Shown here piece by piece: positions 13,001 to 25,000 of a stretch of DNA of 64,000 bases. The DNA comes from Saccostrea cucullata (Eukaryota). Numbering within the stretch: position 1 is the stretch's first letter; each line of letters starts with the position of its first letter. The notes below the pieces were generated by a model, which saw only the letters and a list, made by a program, of their open reading frames with translations, had not been told where the DNA came from and did not search any database. Both the position numbers and the translations under genes were made by a program. The DNA is taken from contig NW_026931583.1 in the NCBI RefSeq assembly GCF_032062105.1, positions 372,001 through 436,000 of the forward strand, in the 5' to 3' direction.

Positions 13001-16000
13001 CCCAATTTCTTCGTTACCGAAAGCAAAAACAGGAAATAGCATTACGTAAGAAAACTGGAAACCCTTCACACAGAAGTTCAATTTAGGAAGTATCTTTTTG
13101 ACTTCTCTCTTAGAATAAGGGTCTTATAGCACTACATCTGAGGAGTTTTTATAGCATTGTTTGCCATATTTTTTTGTTAAAAAAATGGTTTTGACTAGCA
13201 GCCTTTTCATTTAATTACAAATATAAATTAATATGGCTGCATAGATTAGAATAACAATTCATTGAGAGTTCAAGAACTTCTATATTTACTAAAACAATCC
13301 AGAGTTTTCTTATGACCTTAAAATATTTGTTTGTTGACTTTTTTTTTTTTTACCAATAATGGATTGTAAATTAGAATTGAACTTTTTGCAATATTTGATT
13401 TGGTCAATACTTTAAAAACTCTTGCACTTATGCAATTTCATTTCCGGTAAGAATTTGATTTTGAGGAGTTCATAATAAGTAAAGGGACAATTAATTCAGG
13501 TTTTTAAATATGCAGATATTCAATGTACATACACTAGTAATTTCTCCTGGTAGTGTAAAATAAGCTTTTAGAATTTATTTACTCATATAAATAGCTATCT
13601 ACAAGACCACACCTTTGAACAAAGGTAAAACTATTGATTTCAGACAGAATTAATGTTTGGGTTAATTACAGGTCTGGTATGAGGGTATGAATACATTACT
13701 GAGGGTCAAATACTCAGGTACATTAATAAATGGCCACCTGACCAGTGTAACCTTGATTGGGACATCGGCAAACCTATATATAGCATCTGCGTATTTTCTT
13801 TTCATACATGCATGCATTTTAAAAATTGATTTTAATTTCACACACACTCACTATGATTAAGGGGGGAGGGAGAGATTATCTATTTTTTAGTTTTACCCCC
13901 CACCCCAAACTTTAATCTTTGGTTTAATAAACCCAGGAATATGTTAAGAATTTTTACTTACTCGTAGAATGGCTAGAATGACCTTGGAGCGCCCAGACTG
14001 GACGGCCACTGTACTGATAGTCGTAGTTGAGGGGGGTAATTCCGAAAGATCGGTTATGTCCGATGCTCTGTCTGACATTTTGGTTTTTTCAATGGATGAT
14101 TAAGCACATGTGTAGCAAAAAAGCAGCAAAACACTGTAAAGGGTTTCACTAAAGTACTGGGTCCAAAATTTTGTATCTTTTTTTAGGCATTACACAATAG
14201 CATACAATAGGCATGCATGCAGAAGACTGGAATGGCTCTTTATCACTTCACAGTCTCTGCTCTTCTCAACCTCTTCAAGAGAATACCTATCACTATATAC
14301 AACTGCTTACTGGACCAGTTCATCTCCAGCCTCCCCTAGGGGGGATCAGCATACACCACTACTTCGTTAAATGTTTGCTTTCTTTAAATATCACTCTCAA
14401 TACTCATGATTTTAATTAGTATACTTCTTTCATAAAGAACCCTGATTAAAAACCTTGTATTTGAGATAAATAGTATTTTAAAACTTCTAAAGTTAAAGAT
14501 TCATGCTTATGAAACAGACTGATCCCCCTGTTGTGTTAAGTGATTCTACCCAGGAGGTCACATGACATTCCATCCCCCCAATATGGTAAGTGGTTCTTGA
14601 TGTAAACAGACATGGGTAACCAGCCGAGCTGTGCCTTCTGTCTGTAGGAGCTTATGTAATGTACGTCTTATCTACTGATTCTCTCTCTCTCCTCATAAAT
14701 CACATGTCAAACTCAAATCACTGCAATGTGATTTTTAATAAATTAGCTTTAATAATTTTCAGTATTTTTAGAACAAAAATATTAACATGTGAAGGGCTGG
14801 GGGAGGGGGGTGGGGGGTGGCACAAGTCATCATACAATCAATTTATAAGATATTTCAAAATAAAAATTAAATTATTCTCTTATATAGTTTCTCAAACCTA
14901 CATTTGTTCCATTGTAAGAACTGCAGAACCCAGATACACAGAATTAATTGTATTATTTTTACTAGACAAAATTAAACGTTTATTGATGATCTGCATAGAA
15001 CTTTTCTATTTCAAAAACTTTAACTTACATAAAACCAACATTTATCAATTAAAGGAAAAACATATTTTCAAAGTATATAAATTCCAGATAAATATTTTCT
15101 ATTTTAAACACTTTTAGAACCTGTGCCAAAATACAGAAAGAAATTCACTTCTAGAAGCAGCTTCTCAAAAAAAAAGGTTGTTGAAATATCTCACACATCA
15201 CAAGCCAAGATAAAGCTGTTTGATTTTCTGAAAATGTTACTTTGATATCTACAAGAAGAAATCTCTGGCAGAATAAATTAAGAATCAAGATAGGTTTAGC
15301 AAGACCTCAAAATGAAAGTACATTCAATTGAATATTGTTTTATTATGACTCATTTATATCAATCAGTCCTATAGGGCTTCTGTGTCATGATCTGGCAGAG
15401 GAGGTACTTTTTTTTTTTGCTAAATACTTCAGAATTTGAATTAGCTTCATTATTTGATTGGGAGCAATAAGAGTGCATATGCCAACCTGCAAATCCATTT
15501 TTTCTGGCTTTTAATTGCTCCAAATATAACTGTCAAAATGTACATGCATGTATTTAAACTAAAATATGTATATCCATAATACAAAAAAGTCAGAGTGGCA
15601 TGTTTCCAGAAGTCTATGATATGAAGAGAGCTAGGAAGCTGGATTCTCCAAGAGCTGCTACATCCAGTATGTACTAGAGTCCATATATCAGTGATAATAC
15701 CTCAGATTTAGACATTTATTGTAGATGTACTGTTATTTTCTGATCCTGGCAGCCATTAAGCAGTACTTGTACTTGTGCCAGAGTTTTTAGCGACACTTGT
15801 TGATCTCTCCCTCACACACATAATATACGTATACAAGTTGTATCACTACGTGTATAAACTGTGTTCTGTGTAAACCCTCTCTGACAAGACAATGCCCTAT
15901 ACCAAGAACACATGTGTTTTGAATATATCATCTATTAATGTATTTGAATTTACATACAATATGGCAACTCTGCCAGGTTAAACCAAAAAAAGAACATGGG

Positions 16001-19000
16001 CAGCTATAGATTGAAATGTTAAAATTGCCAACAACTTTATTAATGATTTTTTATCTATCCATTTGTAATCTACAAAATGCTATATGTGGGATGATCACCA
16101 ATCAATCTTCATCTCTACTGAAATGATTAAGTATTACTTCATTCTAAAACTAGATATCATTCAGGTGGTGATCATTTTGAATAGTTCCAGTTTTGGTAAA
16201 CTTAAATACGAGAGCAAATGGAACTTGCTAGTGTTGCGATATTTCTTACATATGTAAAATAGTTTTTGTACAAGGCCGGAGAACATTAATTTCCAGCAGT
16301 GCTAATATTTTTTTAAAGATGAAAAAATTGCATAAATGAGAAAAAACTTTTCATTCTATCCAGAATTTTGTAGCTCATATTAATTAATACCTTCTTGGAA
16401 TGTTGGAGTTTAAATAAAAATCTGTTTTGACCATGACCTTTGATGAAATTGAAGTGCAAACACTGCAAACAACCTTTATCCAAGGTCTTCACTATTGAAA
16501 TGTAAACCAAATGAATGTATTCTATGTGCAGAAATTATAAAGTAAAAGACAAAGATTCAGATAAAGAGAGCTACTGATCATACTGAACAAAACCTGATTT
16601 TCTAATATTTCCATTCTCTCAAAACACTTTCACACATGTATTTCTTTTATTTTCTAATACCCTTACAAAATGACCCCCTTCCTTTATCAATTAAATTATA
16701 ACTTAAGATAAATGTACTTTAATTTTTTAGAGCAAACTAAAATACCCTGACTGCACATGCAGACAATAGGTTCTCTGCTAATAAGAATGCAGGTAAAATG
16801 TCAAAATATTAACTGGTCTAACAGATAGAAAATAATTATTCCAGCCAATAAACCTCAAAAACTATCATCATTAGATGGAAATAATTATATTCTATTCAAG
16901 CTACATGCTCGTCGCTGAGTAACATGCAGATGATCATGTTCTTACATTACTTGCAGTTGCAACATTAGTGAAGTGCAAATTGATAGAATTTTTGTGATGA
17001 GCTCATAGCAAACACATAATGGTTCATCATCTGATGTTATGCAATTTACTTTATTTCATCTGACAACCATTATAATTTAGCTAGGATAGTCCATACAACA
17101 TTACAGAGCACATACATGATGCCACATTTTTTTTCAATTCTTACCTCTTCCAGCTGTTGTTTGAGGGTATTAGGGGATGAAGGCCTAAAATTCCTTGGGA
17201 GACTCTGTGCTTTGGCATTGACTGGTTGACTATAGCTGCTGGTGACCAGCCCCTCCCTAACTGGGGGCTTTACATTGTGATGAAGGGAACCAGATCTCTC
17301 CGGAGGTCTGGGTTTTTCCCGAGTTCTGACCGCCCTCTCTGGGGCTATTGGCTGATTTCCGAGGTCTGATGTAGACCGCCTCTGTCTTTTTTGTGAAGAC
17401 TGTGGTTTGTTCCTACCAGCATCATACCCTGAGAACGTCTTTGTGCGGGATGGCTGCCGTTTACGAGATTCTCCGTATTGCACTGCTGACGGGGGTCTTC
17501 TAGTCCGCTCCATTTCAGACCAGTACCGGTTCAGATCCTTTGTCTTTTGTTCCATTTTTGTAAGTTTACTGCTAATGACCTCCACAGCCTCATGGTCATC
17601 CAAACTTAAAGTCTTCTCCTTCCTGAATTACCAAAAAATGGATTAATAAAATATATTCAGAAGTCAAATTGATGCTATATTATAAAATTGTAACAATAAG
17701 GTCAAAGGTAATTGGTCTTTCCATGGAGGGAAACATACTGCGGTTAGCATTTGGATTTCATTACACAAAAAGTCAGAATTTTTGACAACCCAACATTTGA
17801 AAACACAAAGTTATTAAGAAATGATAAAAATCCTTTTGTTATATGTTTACAAGTCTTCTTTTAATCATTAAATTTGTCTTGGAATTATAATAAAGTTACA
17901 ACTTTGCACATTTCCCTTGTACTGGCTTTTGAGACTTACCCCTCAGTGAGTATTATTGGCATGGCCAGCCTCTCTAGCAGGGCCCGCCCCATACGATCCG
18001 TCTCCTGGTGGTCCCTCTCCACCTGACCTTTGATCGGTGTGTATTGTTTGAGGATGTCTGGCACAGTGGCCTCTCCTGACATTGTCCAGGAAATTGGAAT
18101 CAGAAGGTCATCCACTCGATCCAGAATCTGTTAACGGATCAAAAATTGGTAAATACATTTTCAAAATTAAGTCTTAAAAAAATGACAAAAAAAATAATTA
18201 AATCTGAAAAATTCTCATTTTGAAAAAAATAATGGCTTCTCGGATGTATATTTTTGAATATTTCTAAGCTTATTTATTAATGTATTAAACAATCTGCTTT
18301 AAAACGTAAAATGCTCATTGCACTTGTACATACAGTAATTAGGGTTTACTAGGACTCTAAATGACCGTTATCGTCTGTGGCAGTGTTTATACAGTAATTA
18401 TCGTGACCAAGCACCTGGGGTACCTGACCTTTCTCACCTTCGGCTGTCTTTCACCCTTATTTTTTGTCTGGCTTTAATTATTTGTTTTCACTGAACATCG
18501 TTTAAATCCATTACGTTTAAATAAATTTGATAATTTTGTCAATTCTCCGAGAAGCCGTAATTAAATTCTCGGGAAAAGAGCGGATGATATTACACGTGCG
18601 ATTGTTGATATGGCTGTGTTTGATTATATGCCAATACAAGTGGTTGAAGGCAAAGGCTTTAAAAAAAACGATGACCATCGTTGCACCAAACTACAAAATA
18701 CCGTCCCTTAATATTATAAAATCTAGGATTGAAAAAGTGTACGAAAATCGTAAATCCGCTCTGTTAGGAAAACTTTATCAAGTTCAAGTTGATCCTGTAC
18801 GTAGCTCTGACGACTGATGCCTTGTCGTCAAACGCGAGAAAGAGTTACATTACAATTACGGAGCAGATTATTTTTTTTAAACAAAAATACTGTGAACAAC
18901 TTTTGATTTTATTTCTTGTGTTTATTTGATAAATAAATTTAATTTTAAAAAATGTTATATTAAATTTAGTCGGGCACGAAGTGTTCATCATCATTATTAC

Positions 19001-22000
19001 AACAGAAATACATTTACGGAAAAGCCTCACATCAGTTTTATTTCAACAAGAGTTTACAATTTTTTACAGTCTTCAATTTACTTGTTCATATTTATTTACA
19101 CTTTTACCATATCCCGGGTCTGATGGAAAAACGTCCGAGTAACCAAGTATTGAAAATTGACCGATTTGACATCCCTAGTAAATACATTTTCAAAATTAAG
19201 TCTTAAAAGAAATGACAATAAATAATTGCATATGAGAAATTCTCTTTTTTTTTAAAAAATAATGGTTTCTAAAAAATGTTTTCTGAAATATGTGAACAAT
19301 TCCATACTTTGTCAGCTGATGCGAGGAACATGGCTGACACGGTGAGTCTGTTGGCTCGCTCGTTGGTCCCCTGTGAGAATCTTTTCCAGGCTTCCTCCAG
19401 TCGGTGAGATCTCTCATTATTCGGGGCCAGGTCGTATCTCAGTGACCGACGCAGAACCAAGCCTGCTTGTAGCAACTGCTTCCCATACTCATAAGTTCCC
19501 TACAGTAAATAGATTTAAGCTTAGAATTAAAAATACAGTAGTTGAAAGATACAATTTTTTACCATAGGTATGATTAAAGGAAACTGAAATGATTGTATTT
19601 TGTAGCTGTTAACATGTAATATAAGTCTTGAAAATCTATATTCGGTCATATTTTTGTACAATGTCACAGAAAAAGAGACAAAGCATTAAGTTCTACACAG
19701 AGTACAATCCCCTTACAGCAGCTGTGGTCTCGAACTTCTTGTGCTCAAGCTGGAGGTTCTCTGCCTCCTCCTGGGTACTCCCCATACTGGTGTGGGTGGC
19801 TGCCATCACCTCACACAGCTCCAGGATCCAGTCTATAGCCTAGGGGGACAAATAAAAATCTGTTAACCTCCATATCTTTCGGTATACAGGGAAATTTTTG
19901 CCCCCATGTTATTTTTGCCCCTTTCGCCCTCTTCCTGACAGGGCGAATTTAAAATGGTGTGAGTTCAAATTACACAGCATAATATCATAAACAAAACTAC
20001 AACTGGACAAATTTAAAATGGGGCAAAATAGTTTGCAAATGCAAAAGGGTGAAAATAAGCCTGTATACAGTATACAGTTGATCCTTGTAATCCCAAAGAC
20101 TGATACCTCGAATACCATGGATATGTTAAAGTGACTTGGAAGTCCCCAACCCTTATTCCCTACATCAGATATCTCACACATTTTTCTTGAACCCATTCAG
20201 TAAATGAGATTTGATTGAACATGTTATCATAATTACAGGAAAATTTTAGATTCTTGACAGTACTTATTCAGCAGTGAAATCAACCTTCCATAGCAAAGTT
20301 TTATATGACACTCCTGTACCTGATCAGCGTCCCTTTCACAAGTGCGTAGTTGAAGTATCTGTTGTAGTTTGAGTTTGCGGACATCAGACAGTTCGTCACA
20401 GCGTAATTTTCTCTCCTGGAGGTCCTCCAGTTTCTTCTGGACGTGTTTAATCTGTGAGGCGTAGTCTGGGGTGATGTCCTTACCCATGGCATTCTTGACA
20501 GGGCGGGACATTTCATCCAACAGGCTCTGGCCATCATCCAAGGTCTGCTGAGCCAAATTGTCTGGAGAGGACAATAAACGAAATGTACAGTTAATGTTTA
20601 TTTCATTTTCTTAGGACAACTTTCACTATAAGAATGATTGAACATATTTTATTTTAAAAATTTCAACAGTAGTTGAAATATGGTACCATATTAATTTATA
20701 ACAGGGGACTGTTTATAAAAGTCTTCAAATGAGATACACTACCCATCTCTAACAAAAGGATACTTTTTTAATTTAATTATTAAATACATGTAAATGTATC
20801 TTAATTTTTTTTTGATTGAGGGATACTGAAGAAAGACCTATGAATCTCTGTATACAGTACCTATATTTTCACATTTGTCATTGAGATTCTGAATGGCTGC
20901 CTCAGCAGAAGGGACATCCTCAGCCTCTATCTCACTACACAGCATCTCAAGTAGGTCATCCAACTTCACAGAAAACTGGGGAAAAAATAAGACACTCTTT
21001 ATATAGTCCTCTTACAAGATTTTCAATGATTGGAAGCTAATACTGTTGAATCTTTCTCAAAAAATATCTTTTCTGATATATTACAGAAAAGATGTGTGAT
21101 TAAGGAGAATTCAAAAGTTTTCTGCCAATACACGTTTTTTTTTATCAAAACAGTGGATGACATTTGTTTTTAATGGTCCACCAGTCCTGTACTAACCTCT
21201 TCTGCCAGTCTGTGGAATCGTACGGAGGTGATCAACAGAGTGCGTCGACGTTCCAGTCGACTGGCGAAGCTCCGGCAGACCGTGTCCATGTAGTCCCGGG
21301 TTGACCTGATGTCCGCTGTGGCTGGATGTTCCTCACTGATCAGCTCCTCCGCTGTGTGTCGCAGTTCTGCGTACTGACCATACGTGTCCTGAATGACAAA
21401 AGAAATACAGTTGTGTATTTAAGTGTAGTGTTTGCTGAAAATTAACTCATGTTTTTTCAATCAGTAGAAGAGCCATGAAGGATTTATCATAATGTTATTT
21501 TATTTTTCAATGCAATACATAACATTTCCAGTGATTTGCACCTTAAGAACAAGTGACAATGAAGCATAGAAAACTCTGAAACCCAATAAGGGTAGCCAAT
21601 TCTTTGCATTTTTACAAGGTTCTTTATCTAATAGTTTACTTTATTCATATATACAGAAATTTTACTTTTTAATAATGTAGACAACACACTTATGTGTGTC
21701 CATGAAAACAACACAAAGATATCAGAGAAATAAGATATAAGTCCTACTGTGCATTTGATTTCCATTTCTTCATGTCTTTTCCTCAGTTCCTCAGCAGCAT
21801 GGTAAGAATCCCCAATCCCCACCTGTGAGGCCAGCAACTTCTCCCCAGGACCAAGAATCCAAGTCACCACCTACCAAATTATCAAGTAATCTCGATAATA
21901 GAGATTGTTCTGATACCTTATTGATGGACGCCTTTAAATAATTCATCTGTACGTTTTATTCTAATACACAAAATATTACAAAATGTATGTGCATTGGTAC

Positions 22001-25000
22001 ATTTCCATAGTTAAACCCCGAAAAACCAACAAATTTTGGGCCAATCTTAATTTCTTTCAAGCTTCAAAAAATAGAACTGAAGCCCATCCAAATTCCCTAG
22101 AAAACTAAGACTCACATTTTTGACGTTTCTCTGGAAGTCCTCGTAGTGTAGGTTGAGATTGAGTGAGCGATCTCGGTCCTCCAGTAGGTTCTGTAACTTG
22201 TCTACGCGGTTCTCTAGGTACGTGATCAGCCGCTTCACCTGTTTCTGTTCCTCAAGGTTATCCAGCGTACTCGCTGTGTCCTCCTCCGAGTTCCCCGGCC
22301 TCTTAAGTCGGGTCAAAAGGTCACGACCTGCAAAACAAATTCAGGAAAATTTACAAAGATTTTTATTGAATGTCAAAAAGTATGTGTATAACTTCAGTCA
22401 CTGTTACTATTTTATCTGTTTTGCTATGCATCTCACAAAACTGACATACATAGTATTTTTAAGATAAAGATTTATACTTGTAAAAAATAAGCTGTCTGCT
22501 ATTTTTTTTTTAAATAAGCAAATATTCCTTTAAAAGCATTAAAAGTACTTTTGATTAAGTATTAGTTGATGAAAAATGATTTAATCATAAACAAAGAATG
22601 CTTCTTTTGTACAACTTCAAGCTATAACTTTCAAACAACTTTCCATCAGAAAAAAAAATATTACACTGAATCTGGCAATATTTTATGCACTGAACTATGA
22701 ATTACAACCAAATTGAATACTACATGTACAAAAAATAATTTATTTGTTCATGCAAACAAACTCCAAAATGAAAAAATAAATGCATTTCCAAACTGGCACC
22801 AAACCTGCAGTCTTTAGTACATCATCCCTGTTAATAAATTTCATATGAACTTCTACTTTATCAAATTTTACTTTATCAAATATGATGTGTTTTGAAACAA
22901 ATGCACCCCCTCCCTCTCCCAAACAGCTGTTGTGTGGATATATTTGACCAAATAACTGTTGTTAATAGGGAAAAATACAGCTGTCATCCTGTTCAAATGA
23001 ACCTAAAATCAAAAGCTATCATCTCACTTTATACAAAGTCTCTAGGTTGCTTTGCTTCAAAATTGGATATAACTTGGTACAATGATGTAAAAAGACAATG
23101 GCTAACAAATCACTGCATGGTCTAAAACTCATAGGAATAAACATTACAGACATATTTATCTATTTGGGTGATATGGCTATCTTCGAAATTTCAGCTTACA
23201 ACGCTTGAATCAAGTCATTTACATGTGTAGAGTATATAATAACATTGAATGCCCTTAAAAGATTACAAGAAGTGGGTTTTACTTTTCTTATCTTCCCAAA
23301 ACTTATTGCCCTGATGTTAAGGATGTCTTGAGGATTAAAAAGACCAGACCAGGTATTTAAATCCAGATATCCATATCATTCCAAACACTAACATCCATAT
23401 ATATCTGACTCATGTATACATAATATAATAAAAAAGAAGAAAAAATATGTTCTGTACATTCATCAAATACAAACCATGATCTTCCAAGATAGGAATTGGG
23501 ACAAATTTGTCTGAAAATTACATGAATCTCAGTAAAACTAGAAACTGATAAGAATTTCATACAAAACCATTTTTCAAGTGAACCATATTTAGAATCATGT
23601 TTAACTTGGCGAAAACATTTTTTTCTGTAATGAGGCTTTTGTCTCATAAATGTAAAAAATCTTAAGAAGCTATTCAAATTATAAATTGAGAGAGAAAGGG
23701 ATGAGAGAGAAAAAAAAGACAAATGTGAAATAATAATGAGATTATACCGTCGCGTATGACTTGGGTGGGGACACTCATGATGGACTCCTGGAAGAAGCGG
23801 TGCTGACGGAGGGACTCCAGGGGACTGGTCAGGGTCTCCTTCTGGGAGTATACCTGGTGTATCTGGGTCTCCGAGTCGTCCAGGTGTGACGAGGCCGCGC
23901 GCGACTCACGGATAAACTTCTCCAGGTCCTACAAAAAGACCAGATTCATTCCAACACCTCTATCAACATTTTTATAGGTATATCATTTAGAGGGGATTTT
24001 CAATTTACTATGAATGCAAAAAGGATATATTCAAATCTAGTGACAGGATTGAGATTTCAAACTAGTGCCATTCTGCATTCTACGATATGGACCAAATTGT
24101 TTACCAGTGTTTGGGCATCAGGCTAGTGCTTTTGGTCCAAACTGAGCCAATTTTAATTGAATTTCATATTAAACAAGCAAAAGGACTTACAATTCTGTTT
24201 TGGAGCCACTCATGATGGTTGTACCACAGCAGTCCTCCATAACTGTGAGTCAGCTGATTCTTATCTACGTAAGTGTACAGTCTCTGGAGATTTACAAACT
24301 GGGGCTGAAATATCAATAGAAAGAAGGCATATATATCAGTCTTCTCTAATTTCTGAAATTTTTTTACATAATTTCTCAAATATAGCAAGTTCAACATTAA
24401 CTTTCAGTCCTATCCTCACCTCTAGGTTTGGGTTGTTTCTGTCTCTCCTGAAGCTGCTACTACTGGACCGTCTGTCCATCTGTTGGTCAGCCTTCAGTAC
24501 TAGCACTTGCTTCATGTATTCTCCAAGAGATTGCTGAAAAAGAATGTTTTGTTGTAATGTTGGGAAATTTGTAATAAATTTCATTTTATTGTCATTAATT
24601 AGACTAGAATTTCTTTTTAAAAAAATCTTCAATTTATCTTTACAAAAACAGTTTATAGCAAATCACAGCAATAAATTTGTTAATTGATATCTAAAGATTC
24701 CCTGGGTGTTTCCTTACTTTGAGACAGCCCAGCACTGTGACCAGGTTCTGCCAGGACCCATCTCTACTGTCCACAATAGCTGTGAAGCCCCGCCTCTTAG
24801 ACTCCTCACTGAAAAGTTCATCAAAACTGCCAATTAATCAATGTCTTCAATGGGAATGAGTATCTCCAAAAATTTTGTATCACGAAATATCCCAAATGTA
24901 TATAATAGCATGACTTTTATTACACCTAATTTTTACTATGATTTCAAATGAATTTTCAAGTTTTTTCCAATAAATTTTGTGTAAAAATGTAACTTTGCTT

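Noticed and set aside
14659-15117. 152-aa plus-strand ORF and similar AT-rich ORFs (9799, 23357, 44125, 61050)
   Set aside because: F/I/K/L-rich chance ORFs in introns or MITEs, with no motifs or splice support.
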